Below, piece by piece: positions 10,446 to 20,250 of a DNA stretch of 64,000 bases. Within the stretch, counting starts at the first letter, position 1. Every line of letters begins with the position of its first letter. The position numbers were made by a program, and so were the translations under genes. This DNA comes from a virus (Duplodnaviria; Caudoviricetes): IMG/VR virus record IMGVR_UViG_3300035498_000327, positions 1 to 64,000 of that record; one strand, written 5' to 3'. The notes under the pieces were generated by a model. It was given only the letters and a program-made list of their open reading frames with translations. It was not told the DNA's origin and ran no database searches.

Positions 10446-10522
10446 AGAGAAGTATGATTTGATGTGTTTAAATTTGGTAAAGGAGATGACACGGTTGAAG
10501 TTAAGCAAAGAGAAGTATGATT
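10397..10522 (+). repeat. Degenerate 63-bp tandem duplication
   Basis: Units 10397-10459 and 10460-10522 both read TGATGT.TTTA.ATTTG..AAAGGAGAT....C.GTTGAAG...AG.AAAGAGAAGTATGATT. Confidence 0.8.
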
Positions 10523-10545
10523 TTACACAGGAGTACAAGACACAT

Positions 10546-12306
10546 ATGCCTCATACTGTATCGACTGTTGTAGATACTAATCGGGACAATGTAGTGCCCA
10601 GGGAAAAGCTTCAGTCTATTTATATTAAGACGCTTAATACCATCGCAGGATACTTGGCCAACACGTTTGGTCCTATGGGTTCAAACACGAAGCTTATCCG
10701 AGGAAACAATGCTGAGACTATTGTGTCCGAGTACACTAAGGATGGACATAATGTACTCAAACATATTCTGTTCTCTAACCCAATTGAGATGTCTATCCAA
10801 GCTGAGATGGTAGATATCACTCATCATGTAGAACATGAGGTAGGAGACGGTACTACATCAGCAGTTATCCTGGCTTCCAAGATCTACAAGTATATTGCCG
10901 ATCTTATGGAAGATGAGAAGGTGCAACCCTATGACGTTATTTATGCTTTCAAGAGGGTTGTAAAGATGATCCAGGAAGAGATCATCGCTAATGGTAGAGA
11001 GGCTACGTTAGAAGACATCTACGATATCTGTATGATTTCTACTAACGGCAATGAAGAGGTATCTCAGAACATCAAGAATATCTATGAGAAATACGGGATG
11101 GATGTATCTATCGATGTTTCCATCTCTACAACAAACGACAGTATGATTAAGGTGTACGATGGGCTTACTATCACAGAAGGTTACTCTGATCCGGCATATA
11201 TCAACAACACTAAAGATGCTACGGCAGAGATACATAATGCGCAGATCTATGCTTTCATGGACCCCATTGATACAATGGAAATGATATCTCTGTTTGAGAA
11301 GATCGTAATGAACAATATCATCGAGCCGCTGCAGGCAAACGAGATGTGTGTTCCTACAGTAATCATTTCTCCTAAGATGAGTAGGGATATGAGTTCACTT
11401 ATGCAGACAGTTATTGAGTACATGCACCAGGCAGCAGACAATCAGAAACCGCCTCTGCTTGTTATCACAGATATCATCGGCACAGATGAAGGAATCTATC
11501 TTGACATCGCTAGACTCTGCGGGTGCAAGTATATCAGAAAGTATATTGACCCGGAGATTCAGAAAGCAGATGAAGCAAAAGGATTAGCTGCTAACCTGGA
11601 GAATGTATGCAGCTTTGCTGGCTCAGCAGAGTTAGTAGTTTCCGATGTAGGAAAGACTAAGTTCATCAATCCATCTAAGATGATGGATGAGAATGGAGAG
11701 CCCTCTAAGGACTATACAGCTTTAATCAACTTCCTTCAATCAGAGTTAAACAATGCAAGAGCTAACGGTGAAGATTCCCGGGCAGTGGGAAGCTTAAGAA
11801 AGAGATTACGCTCACTCCAGGCTAATATGGTAGAGTACCTTGTCGGAGGTATTACTATCGCAGACAGAGATGCTGACCGTGACCTTGTAGTAGATGCAGT
11901 AAAGAACTGTGCTTCAGCAGTAGAGAACGGTGTAGGATACGCAGCTAACTTTGAAGGATTAGTTGCTTCCCTTGACGTATATGATGATCTCTTATCAAAA
12001 GATGGAGATACTTATGATGAGTTTCACCTGGAGACTAAGCTGGCTATCTTTATCTTCTTGTCTTACTTTGATACTCTTGAGCTGCTTTACGGTACAGTAT
12101 TCCGTGAAAGCGAAGTAGAAGATAAAGTAATACAGTCCATCAATACCGGTATGCCTATCAACCTTAGGACAGGTGAATTTTCCGACACTGTAAAGACATC
12201 TATCATGACGGATGTAAAGATACTTGAGGCTATATCTAAGCTTATAACGATTATGGGTACGTCCAATCAATGCCTGCTTCAAGCGCCACAACTCAATACT
12301 TACTAA
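10546..12306 (+). CDS. groEL: Phage chaperonin (GroEL/Cpn60-like)
   Basis: NTFGPMG, TKDGHNVL, VGDGTTSA, GGITIAD motifs; AGGAG SD before ATG 10546. Confidence 0.9.
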   Translation: MPHTVSTVVDTNRDNVVPREKLQSIYIKTLNTIAGYLANTFGPMGSNTKLIRGNNAETIVSEYTKDGHNVLKHILFSNPIEMSIQAEMVDITHHVEHEVGDGTTSAVILASKIYKYIADLMEDEKVQPYDVIYAFKRVVKMIQEEIIANGREATLEDIYDICMISTNGNEEVSQNIKNIYEKYGMDVSIDVSISTTNDSMIKVYDGLTITEGYSDPAYINNTKDATAEIHNAQIYAFMDPIDTMEMISLFEKIVMNNIIEPLQANEMCVPTVIISPKMSRDMSSLMQTVIEYMHQAADNQKPPLLVITDIIGTDEGIYLDIARLCGCKYIRKYIDPEIQKADEAKGLAANLENVCSFAGSAELVVSDVGKTKFINPSKMMDENGEPSKDYTALINFLQSELNNARANGEDSRAVGSLRKRLRSLQANMVEYLVGGITIADRDADRDLVVDAVKNCASAVENGVGYAANFEGLVASLDVYDDLLSKDGDTYDEFHLETKLAIFIFLSYFDTLELLYGTVFRESEVEDKVIQSINTGMPINLRTGEFSDTVKTSIMTDVKILEAISKLITIMGTSNQCLLQAPQLNTY

Positions 12307-12351
12307 AAGTAAGTCTTGGTTGCCATATAACTTTCTCCCAAAATCAGACAA

Positions 12352-12379
12352 GGTACTGCGGGTATAATCTCGCAGTACC
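12352..12379 (+). terminator. Hairpin after chaperonin gene
   Basis: GGTACTGCG/CGCAGTACC stem. Confidence 0.5.
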
Positions 12380-12424
12380 GAGTCAACTCAGAAGTAATAT
12401 TTCATGTGGAAAGGGAGATAGCGT

Positions 12425-13207
12425 ATGACATTTGACGAATACATTACGAATCCTATGGGAAAAAGTAATGCAGTATTGTCCGCTGCAGTTAGAGAAGCTC
12501 AGGGAAGGATATACTCCAACAAGTTCAACAATGTTCTGCTTAGGGAGAATGGAAGGATTGACTACTATATCTATAAGAGTAAGAGTGACGCTTACTGGGT
12601 ACATGTCAAAGTACCCTCAGAGGTAGTTAAGAACTTCTACTACGACGTAGTAATGAAGTTTACTGGCAATGCTAAGCTTGGGGCAACATCTGCTGGTTTA
12701 GACAAGTATCAAGTGGAGTTTTACTCTAATGACCCTGCTTTTGTTTATACCTATGCTCATGTGTTTTCGAAGAAGGGGCTGTTCATAAAAGAGCTGTCCT
12801 CTAAGATGTCTAAGAAGGCACTAAAGACCCCTGCAAGGGAAAAGAACCCAGAGAACACAGTGGGGTATGTGAAGAGTCTATACTTTGCATATCTCTTTAT
12901 GAAGAATAGAGGGCTCTTTAGTAAGATTAAGTACGTCGGTGCTCCTGACTTGGATATGAGGTATCTTTTGTCTCAAATAGAGGATGCAGATACGAAGATA
13001 CAGAAAAGACAAGATGAAGGAGCGAAGATATCACAAAGAAAGAAAGTCACCATATCCAAAGATGACTATAGAAGACTCAAAGGACGTGGTGTCTCCGATG
13101 ATTCTCTGACTGGATTTAATGTGGCAACTACCAACAAAGTTGGTGTGGTTAAGAACTCGGCAATCAATAAAAGCGTTAAGAGGACTAAATCCGTAAAAAG
13201 GTTCTAA
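12425..13207 (+). CDS. Hypothetical protein, basic C-terminus
   Basis: 260-aa ORF with SD. Confidence 0.6.
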   Translation: MTFDEYITNPMGKSNAVLSAAVREAQGRIYSNKFNNVLLRENGRIDYYIYKSKSDAYWVHVKVPSEVVKNFYYDVVMKFTGNAKLGATSAGLDKYQVEFYSNDPAFVYTYAHVFSKKGLFIKELSSKMSKKALKTPAREKNPENTVGYVKSLYFAYLFMKNRGLFSKIKYVGAPDLDMRYLLSQIEDADTKIQKRQDEGAKISQRKKVTISKDDYRRLKGRGVSDDSLTGFNVATTNKVGVVKNSAINKSVKRTKSVKRF

Positions 13208-13253
13208 AGTTATAAACTATATACACGAATCTTTGTAAGGAGGATGTTACGAT

Positions 13254-14768
13254 ATGCAACCAATTAATATCATTAAAGACGATCAACCATATCAGAGACC
13301 TGAGTTTATAGACGACTGGGTTCCTGAACCGGCTAATGTAATATTCAAGAATGTAAAGCGCTATTTCATAGCGCCAGTGTCCTCGTTCTGGAGGACAGAG
13401 CAGAATGTCGGACTAGATATGTTCGACTTGACTACTAAGAAATGCTATAACTCTCAGGAGATGAGGGACCATATGTGTCATTACCTCAACTACTTCGAGA
13501 GGTTTTATGATCAAGAGAAAGAGTATCTGACCATCCTATGTAGAATCAAGTTCATGATAGGATATGGTAACGGGTACAACGTAAACAGCTTTATATACGA
13601 CATAAGACGATACATATTGACTGATTCAATCATAAAGAAAGTGAACTCTATGGTTGATGACAATTATCGTCTTGCGTTGAACTACAATTCCATCAACAAT
13701 CCGGCGTTGCAGTATACAGATGATCACGCTAAGATGCTGATGACAATGAGTGTGTTAATGAACATGGTAATACCTTTGTTGACGCACTTCGCTTATGCAA
13801 ACAAGATAACCGATATCGACAGCTTCTTATTAGAGGTGTATGACTACATCATCTATATATATCCTGATGTCGATATTTATAGCAAGATGTATGAAACATG
13901 TATCACTAATGTCTCTAAAAACGAGCAGAGAAACAAAGGATTGTGGATTAAGCAAGATATCAGAGGGTTAGACACTGTTATTCATAGTGATAACTCTCTT
14001 GACAACATTGTCTTGAATATCATGCCGAAGTATACGTTCAAAAGAAACGTTATCAACTTCAACTTCACATCCATAAACAATAACACAGGATTCCAGATCA
14101 TAGATATAGAGTATGAATACTCTTATGTACCATTATCAAGTTCTAAACGTGATGAAGATAGCACAAGTGAGTTCGACAAATTTGAGGCTACACTCACGAA
14201 ACAGAACGAACAGATATATCTACAGAATAAGGTAAACTGCTTTGGTACAAATTCAGTAATAGAATCTGTCTATGGTCCATTTGATGACAATGAGGTAAGG
14301 TTCTATATAAACGAATTGTCAGATGATGAAGGAAACTGTGTCAATGGATTCCAGAGGCAACTTATCTTCAATATCTTCTATAAGTATTTTGGAGATAGTA
14401 GTAGCATCAATGCTATCAATAAGGTTGACTATATCAAACTTATGATTGCGGCGAGAAAGATTCTACAGAGTCAGTATATGGTAGTGTTACCATATATAGT
14501 ATCATCTAAGATAGAAAAATTAGTAGGCCGAAAGACAGTCAACAAGAAAGAGATGACTAAGCTTGAGGCTTCTAAGTACTATCCGATGGTGGTACAGAAG
14601 TATCAGAACGAAAAAATAATAAGGCAGATTCTGTCAACTATAGCGACTATAATCTCATCTGATTTCAGAATTGTAGACTTCCACGATTTAGAGATCAATG
14701 GCCGTATGATAGAAACCGTGCCAGATATGATCATCGAGGAATACTTGATGTATACCTTACTAATCTAA
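13254..14768 (+). CDS. Possible non-virion RNAP promoter-specificity subunit (phiKZ gp68/AR9 gp226-like)
   Basis: 504 aa, similar in size to gp68/gp226; C-terminal N.FQ..L...F pattern; located near primase. Weak recollected similarity only. Confidence 0.35.
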   Translation: MQPINIIKDDQPYQRPEFIDDWVPEPANVIFKNVKRYFIAPVSSFWRTEQNVGLDMFDLTTKKCYNSQEMRDHMCHYLNYFERFYDQEKEYLTILCRIKFMIGYGNGYNVNSFIYDIRRYILTDSIIKKVNSMVDDNYRLALNYNSINNPALQYTDDHAKMLMTMSVLMNMVIPLLTHFAYANKITDIDSFLLEVYDYIIYIYPDVDIYSKMYETCITNVSKNEQRNKGLWIKQDIRGLDTVIHSDNSLDNIVLNIMPKYTFKRNVINFNFTSINNNTGFQIIDIEYEYSYVPLSSSKRDEDSTSEFDKFEATLTKQNEQIYLQNKVNCFGTNSVIESVYGPFDDNEVRFYINELSDDEGNCVNGFQRQLIFNIFYKYFGDSSSINAINKVDYIKLMIAARKILQSQYMVVLPYIVSSKIEKLVGRKTVNKKEMTKLEASKYYPMVVQKYQNEKIIRQILSTIATIISSDFRIVDFHDLEINGRMIETVPDMIIEEYLMYTLLI

Positions 14769-14832
14769 AGGACAAAAGAAGATAGTGTGGGAGGTAAAGT
14801 ATACTTCCCACACTATTAAGGGGGAATGTGAT

Positions 14833-15138
14833 ATGATTAAATTCTACTGCGCATGTTTTATGATAGCTGCAGTATGCTTAGCAGTACACTATATGTACTG
14901 TAAGATTAGAGACCTAGATAGGACTAACAGTAATTTTCCGGCGTTTATAGGGGCTATGTTTGTCAGTATAGGTCTAGTGCTCTGTGCGTTAAAGACAGTC
15001 ACTTTTTTCAATGATTTCATCCTATATGGGATAAGCTCCTTGTTTGGTTACTTTGTAGACATACTGAAACTTGTATATATAGGCTTCTTTGGATACATAC
15101 TAATCATGATATACTTGGAGGAGAAAAATGAAGAATAA
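14833..15138 (+). CDS. Small membrane protein
   Basis: About three hydrophobic segments. Confidence 0.55.
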   Translation: MIKFYCACFMIAAVCLAVHYMYCKIRDLDRTNSNFPAFIGAMFVSIGLVLCALKTVTFFNDFILYGISSLFGYFVDILKLVYIGFFGYILIMIYLEEKNEE

Positions 15139-15370
15139 GAAAGTGTTCGGTTTATACCTGGTGCTGAATATAGCATCAGGATTACTGGCTATAGTGAGTA
15201 TTATATACTTGATGTGTACACTACTCACAGAAGAAGGACTAAGCACAATACATATGCTACAGAAGATAGCTCTAATATCTTTTATAGTGATATGCTCATG
15301 TTTCATCAACTGGTTCACACTAGTTATAATAAAGATGCTAAGAAAGGATGACGACTGTAATGAGCGGTGA
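15128..15370 (+). CDS. Small membrane protein
   Basis: Two hydrophobic segments; overlaps the previous stop. Confidence 0.55.
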   Translation: MKNKKVFGLYLVLNIASGLLAIVSIIYLMCTLLTEEGLSTIHMLQKIALISFIVICSCFINWFTLVIIKMLRKDDDCNER

Positions 15371-15443
15371 CGATATAAGATTCTTAATAGCGTTTGCTCT
15401 CACACTAGTTGTACTTTACATTATAAACAGAGATAGAGCCTAG
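15360..15443 (+). CDS. Possible 27-aa membrane peptide
   Basis: MSGDDIRFLIAFALTLVVLYIINRDRA, overlapping the previous gene end; not in the ORF track. Confidence 0.3.
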   Translation: MSGDDIRFLIAFALTLVVLYIINRDRA

Positions 15444-15476
15444 GGGTTTAATCTCCTAGGCTTTTGAGGTGATAAT

Positions 15477-16538
15477 ATGAATAACAATACTTTTTTACTT
15501 GGGGAGAAGTTTAAGCAGTACTTCCTAAGCGCTGTGCCTAGTGCTAGACTTGCTTCAGGAGGTAAAGAAATAAACTGTAGGTGTTTTGAATGTGGAGACT
15601 CTAGAAAGAGTCAGAAGTCTAGGCATATGTATCTCAGTATGCCTACTGAAAAAGATCCAGGATTCTATTACTGCCATCTATGTAATTGCTTTGGAGCTAT
15701 ATCATATCGGAAGTTAATAGACTGGAGTATATTCGATGCAGACTTAGCAAATGAGTTGTTGATACACAACTCTGTAGTTACTGGATCTGTGAAATATAGA
15801 AAGATTCAACATGGTAAAGCATTCAGAGTCTATAACGATTACATCAAGAATGATCAACTCTCTATGGAGAAAAAGATCTATATCAATAATAGACTCGGGA
15901 CTAATCTTACAGATAAGGATTTCATGCAACTCAAGATAGTCATCAATCTAAATGACTTACTTGAAAGGAATCATATCACTACTTACACTAGAGATGTAGG
16001 TATAGTATCAGACTTAGATAAGGCCTTTGTTGGATTCTTATCATTGGACAATGGATTCGTTACACTAAGGAAACTTGATGACAGAATGGTATATAAGAGC
16101 ATAGATTCTAGGTATGTGAACTATCGTATATTCGATAAGTCAGATACCTCAGAAAGATTCTATGTGGTACCACAAGTCATAGACCTCTTACAACCGCAGA
16201 GGATCAAGCTTCATATAGCAGAGGGAGCTTTTGATATACTCTCTATCTATCTCAATGTAAGAAAGAGAGAACCTGGTATATATGCTACTGTGTCTGGCTC
16301 TAATTATTCATCTATCATATCATACTTCATGATTGAAAAGCAGCTTCCTAATCTTGAGGTGCATCTGTATCCAGATAATGATCAGAAGCAGTGGAAGATG
16401 GATAGAATCATTAGAGAGTATTATCCATACCAGATTCCTATATACATCCATAGGAACGTAGCTCCTAATGAGAAGGACTTTGGTGTATCACCAGATAGAA
16501 TCAAAGAAACAGTGTGGAAGGCCAACAACTGGGTATAA
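15477..16538 (+). CDS. DNA primase (DnaG-like; Zn-binding plus TOPRIM)
   Basis: CFECGD...CHLCNC Zn domain; IAEGAFD and YPDND TOPRIM motifs. Confidence 0.8.
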   Translation: MNNNTFLLGEKFKQYFLSAVPSARLASGGKEINCRCFECGDSRKSQKSRHMYLSMPTEKDPGFYYCHLCNCFGAISYRKLIDWSIFDADLANELLIHNSVVTGSVKYRKIQHGKAFRVYNDYIKNDQLSMEKKIYINNRLGTNLTDKDFMQLKIVINLNDLLERNHITTYTRDVGIVSDLDKAFVGFLSLDNGFVTLRKLDDRMVYKSIDSRYVNYRIFDKSDTSERFYVVPQVIDLLQPQRIKLHIAEGAFDILSIYLNVRKREPGIYATVSGSNYSSIISYFMIEKQLPNLEVHLYPDNDQKQWKMDRIIREYYPYQIPIYIHRNVAPNEKDFGVSPDRIKETVWKANNWV

Positions 16539-16586
16539 TAGCCTAGCTCAACATCAATATAATTTGATGAAAGGAGTGATTATCGT

Positions 16587-17810
16587 ATGGGGAAGTTTAT
16601 AAACACAGAGTATAAGCAAACTATAGAAGGTTTAACTTCTATGTCTACAGACTTGCTTAACAACAATCTGTATAAGTTTAACGATAAGAAACCCACTAAG
16701 GTTAGGTATTGGAATATAAATAAAGATAAATCTACATTGGACCAGGGTTCTAAGCTTGCTATGGATGAGATAGGTGATGAGTCACCACTCCGGTTTAATC
16801 AGATCGATGACTTATTCTTATTCGGTATACCTAGAATGGAACTTAACTTTGAATTTGGAGACTTCGGCCTGGAAGCAGAAGAGATCAATGGGGAGTGCTT
16901 TATGATGCCTAATATCATAGAGCCTACCCCAGGAGACTTCTTCCAGATAGACTACATTCCTGAAGGGTATTTGTTTAAGGTAACTGGAGTAGATAGAGAT
17001 ACTTTTGTTACCGGTTCTACTGTATGGAAGATAGCCTATAAGCTTGACCGTATTAGTGACATAGATATCAAGAAGAATGTGGTAGAAGAGTTCATAGCTA
17101 TAGATACACAGCAGGGTACTAACTTCAGAACTGTAGTAGGAAAGAAGAGTTATCTTAAGGCAGTAGAGTTAGATGAGCTTGGAGCTCGTCTTAAGAAGTA
17201 CTACATCGATTTATTTTTTAGCGATCCGGTGCAGACTTTCATCTACAAGTATCTGAATGAGTCTAATATGTATGATCCATTCTTGATTGAGTTCATCATA
17301 AGGAATGGTATACTTATCAACTCTAGCTCTAAGTATGTACATGTAGAGCATCAGACTCCTCTGTCTAACACGTTTGCTATAGACTACGATAACTCTCTCT
17401 ATAGAGCATTCGAGACTATGTCTATAGATAAACTCGTATCTTCTGTCTATGTATGTCAGGCCAAGTGTATCACTAGTATGATTAGTGTATTCTATTCAAG
17501 ATATGAGGATTACTTCGAATTGGATTATAAGCCTCTAAATGGTGTAGCTCCTGGGCCATTTAACTCTAGAGACTATATAGAGGTATTCCCACAGGACTTA
17601 GTGTATGCTATACAGGACAATACAGAGATAGTAGAAGAAGGTAAGGAGTACCAGAATATCTTCGTAAAGTACTTCCATGGTCAGGATATAGACAGGGAAG
17701 ATTTAGAGCATATCAACAAAATTAAGTATGATGACGCTAAAGAAATCTACTATATGCTCCCATTGATCATATTTACGTTAGAATATTACACGAAAAAGCT
17801 GCTAAGTTAA
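16587..17810 (+). CDS. Hypothetical protein, probable virion component
   Basis: 407 aa; late-promoter motif at 16550. Confidence 0.45.
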   Translation: MGKFINTEYKQTIEGLTSMSTDLLNNNLYKFNDKKPTKVRYWNINKDKSTLDQGSKLAMDEIGDESPLRFNQIDDLFLFGIPRMELNFEFGDFGLEAEEINGECFMMPNIIEPTPGDFFQIDYIPEGYLFKVTGVDRDTFVTGSTVWKIAYKLDRISDIDIKKNVVEEFIAIDTQQGTNFRTVVGKKSYLKAVELDELGARLKKYYIDLFFSDPVQTFIYKYLNESNMYDPFLIEFIIRNGILINSSSKYVHVEHQTPLSNTFAIDYDNSLYRAFETMSIDKLVSSVYVCQAKCITSMISVFYSRYEDYFELDYKPLNGVAPGPFNSRDYIEVFPQDLVYAIQDNTEIVEEGKEYQNIFVKYFHGQDIDREDLEHINKIKYDDAKEIYYMLPLIIFTLEYYTKKLLS

Positions 17811-17880
17811 CATAACTGTAAAATCCAGAGGGTTTATAGAACCCTTTTAGGACGATCTTTAAATCCAGAAGGAGGTAATA

Positions 17881-18543
17881 ATGATGAGTGATTTTCAGTC
17901 CGTTTTTGATCACGCTGGAGAAGTAGAAGATGAATTCGATGCTATCTTTGGCGGTAATGAGGATGGAGAATTGATTGATGCTTGCTGCGGCTTTAATGAA
18001 GCAGGTGAGTGTGAAACAGATTTTGACGAGCTGCATCAGACAGAAGGCGATGCTGAGCCGGATGATTTCGAAGACGATCTTCGTGTAGATGACCCAACAG
18101 ACAACGCGCCTAGTGGAGCAGAAGGTACAGATTCTGACCCGGCTATCGATTTGGCTTTGGGTGAATGTGATGAGTTCAGCGATGTAGGTAAGCCAGGCAA
18201 GACAGATGCCGATGACTTCTACAGCGATTACAATGAGCCGGAAAAGGATTCCGCTTTGACCGGAGAAGGCCGCGATGTCAATATGGATAACGAAGACATC
18301 GAAGGTGAGTTCGACAAGATTGCCGAAATGGCTTGCGGAGGTAGCTATTTTTTTGAGGGTTCCTGCCGGGAAGACGGAGAAGAGTCCAGTGAAGACTTGG
18401 ATGTAAATGACGATATGGACTCTGTAATGGATGGCATCGATGGCGGGGACTCAGAAGATGATTCAGTTGATGAAGCTGCTGATGATTATGAAGAAGGAGA
18501 TTCCGATCTTGTGGACCTGGTAGCAGGAAACCACGAAGAGTAA
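17881..18543 (+). CDS. Hyperacidic protein
   Basis: About 80 D/E versus about 7 K/R in 220 aa (hand count); GGAGG SD; late-promoter motif at 17809. Confidence 0.7.
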   Translation: MMSDFQSVFDHAGEVEDEFDAIFGGNEDGELIDACCGFNEAGECETDFDELHQTEGDAEPDDFEDDLRVDDPTDNAPSGAEGTDSDPAIDLALGECDEFSDVGKPGKTDADDFYSDYNEPEKDSALTGEGRDVNMDNEDIEGEFDKIAEMACGGSYFFEGSCREDGEESSEDLDVNDDMDSVMDGIDGGDSEDDSVDEAADDYEEGDSDLVDLVAGNHEE

Positions 18544-18564
18544 GGAATAAAGGAGGTAATTGTC

Positions 18565-19272
18565 ATGGCATTGGAAGAACGTTATACTTACACCGTACAT
18601 CCTCGTAGGCCTATCCGGAATATCATCCAGGGTACAGCAATCCTAAGACCAATGACATTGTCGTTGACTAAGGAAGAAGTACTTAAGTGTATCAAGTACG
18701 GCGCAGTATATCGCAAGTTTTATATGGACTCCAATCTTGAAAAAGTTACGCCGTCTAATCTTGATAGATTGCACCGGCAGAAGCACATCACGGAAGCAGA
18801 GTACAAGGCAATGTTTGTGGAGAAATGGAAATCCCACAAGGATATTGTAGAGATATTGAAGGATGAGCTAAAATCCGAAGAAGGTCAGGTAGAAGATGCT
18901 ACACCAATTCTCGACGACCAGAAAGAGGAATCAGCCGATACGACAGAAGAAAAAAAAGTAGAAGAGGAACAGTTATCTACAGATAACAACGCCCCGGCTG
19001 ATTCTGTAGAGAATGATGAAACTGAAGGTGTCGAAGATGAAGAAAGCAAGAATGCTGAAATTGAATCTACTGAGAAAGATTCTATTGATGAAAAAGAAGC
19101 GGATTCAAATGTATCGACAGATATTTCAGCAGACAGCTTAGATGAGTCTAAGCCGAAGCCTAGTGGTAATCCTGCTTCTAAATCTGGAAAAAAGAAAAAC
19201 CGCAAGAAGAACAGCGGTAATTCTAATCATTCAGTAACATCGTCTGTTCCTGAGACTGCCCCAGAAGATTAA
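18565..19272 (+). CDS. Hypothetical protein, globular N-terminus plus acidic low-complexity tail
   Basis: 235-aa ORF with GGAGG SD. Confidence 0.65.
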   Translation: MALEERYTYTVHPRRPIRNIIQGTAILRPMTLSLTKEEVLKCIKYGAVYRKFYMDSNLEKVTPSNLDRLHRQKHITEAEYKAMFVEKWKSHKDIVEILKDELKSEEGQVEDATPILDDQKEESADTTEEKKVEEEQLSTDNNAPADSVENDETEGVEDEESKNAEIESTEKDSIDEKEADSNVSTDISADSLDESKPKPSGNPASKSGKKKNRKKNSGNSNHSVTSSVPETAPED

Positions 19273-19279
19273 AATGAAT

Positions 19280-19308
19280 TTGGAGTACGGTAATGATCCG
19301 TACTCCAA
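19280..19308. terminator. Hairpin between convergent genes
   Basis: TTGGAGTACGG/CCGTACTCCAA 11-bp stem. Confidence 0.65.
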
Positions 19309-19342
19309 TTGGTTCTGCCACGTCGATGCAAGCTTTTGATGA

Positions 19343-19471
19343 TCATGGCCTCTTGCCTTCCACCCCATACGTAGAATGCTCATCCATCCAGTCGTCGTCA
19401 TCATCCTTAGCACTTCGTGTTGTAAAGACAAACCTCCAAAAGTCTTTACACTTCATCATTAGAACCTTCAT
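19343..19471 (-). CDS. 42-aa peptide
   Basis: AGGAGG SD then MKVLMMKCKDFWRFVFTTRSAKDDDDDWMDEHSTYGVEGKRP; not in the ORF track. Confidence 0.45.
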   Translation of the reverse strand: MKVLMMKCKDFWRFVFTTRSAKDDDDDWMDEHSTYGVEGKRP

Positions 19472-19576
19472 TTTAAAAATACCTCCTGTAACTATAGTTC
19501 CCGTACCTTACTCTAAGACTAATGGACTCTATTCGGTCAGGTACATGCATATAGTATATGACAGAGGTATAGTAGA

Positions 19577-20185
19577 TTACCGACTACATACAGAGTACAG
19601 AATCTCTTCTGTAAGTTTACGGGTATTGTAATGAAGGTCTCCTTTTTCTTCATCTGCGTCTTTCTCATACCAATCTAAGATATTACTCTTAAAGTGATAC
19701 GACATAGCCTGCCAATCACAAATCATGTGAATGATAGCTCCTAGAGTCATCTCTTTAGGTTCATTGTTGTTGTCATAATGTCCGTCTATTACTTTCCAGT
19801 ACTTCGGATGGTGGTCATTATGCATGAAGTGGTGTTCCCAAGCTTTATTATAGAGCTCTTCTACATGATCTTTGTATACCGGATCAGCATTCATATTATC
19901 CTCTTCTGCTTTTGTAGGATAGTATTTCATTCTGTACGCTATGAACTCATCGTCTGTCATCTTACTGTCGTCATGATGTAACACATCGTCCTTGATACTC
20001 ATTACTGCTTTTTGCATCTCTACGTTAGAGATACTATCAGTTTCTTGGTAGCCAAGGTTAGATAGAAAGAGTTCCTTGTAAGCTCTCCTTACATTAGCTA
20101 AGTGATCATTGATATACTCCATGTACTCCTTCTCTTTGCTTATTAACTCTTCTGCTTCTCCACATTCTTCTCTAAGTATTACCAC
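19577..20185 (-). CDS. HD-superfamily phosphohydrolase-like protein (DUF5662-type)
   Basis: NDHL, HDDSK, HHFMHNDHHPKYW, HMICDW motifs. Confidence 0.65.
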   Translation of the reverse strand: MVILREECGEAEELISKEKEYMEYINDHLANVRRAYKELFLSNLGYQETDSISNVEMQKAVMSIKDDVLHHDDSKMTDDEFIAYRMKYYPTKAEEDNMNADPVYKDHVEELYNKAWEHHFMHNDHHPKYWKVIDGHYDNNNEPKEMTLGAIIHMICDWQAMSYHFKSNILDWYEKDADEEKGDLHYNTRKLTEEILYSVCSR

Positions 20186-20250
20186 GATTCTTCCCTCCTT
20201 TCAAAATAAAAGAGGTGTACAAAGGTAGTACACCTCATTCATTACTCTTA

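Noticed and set aside
19293-19631. 112-aa minus-strand ORF in the track
   Set aside because: No SD and it overlaps the HD gene. A 42-aa ORF in another frame with AGGAGG explains the region better.
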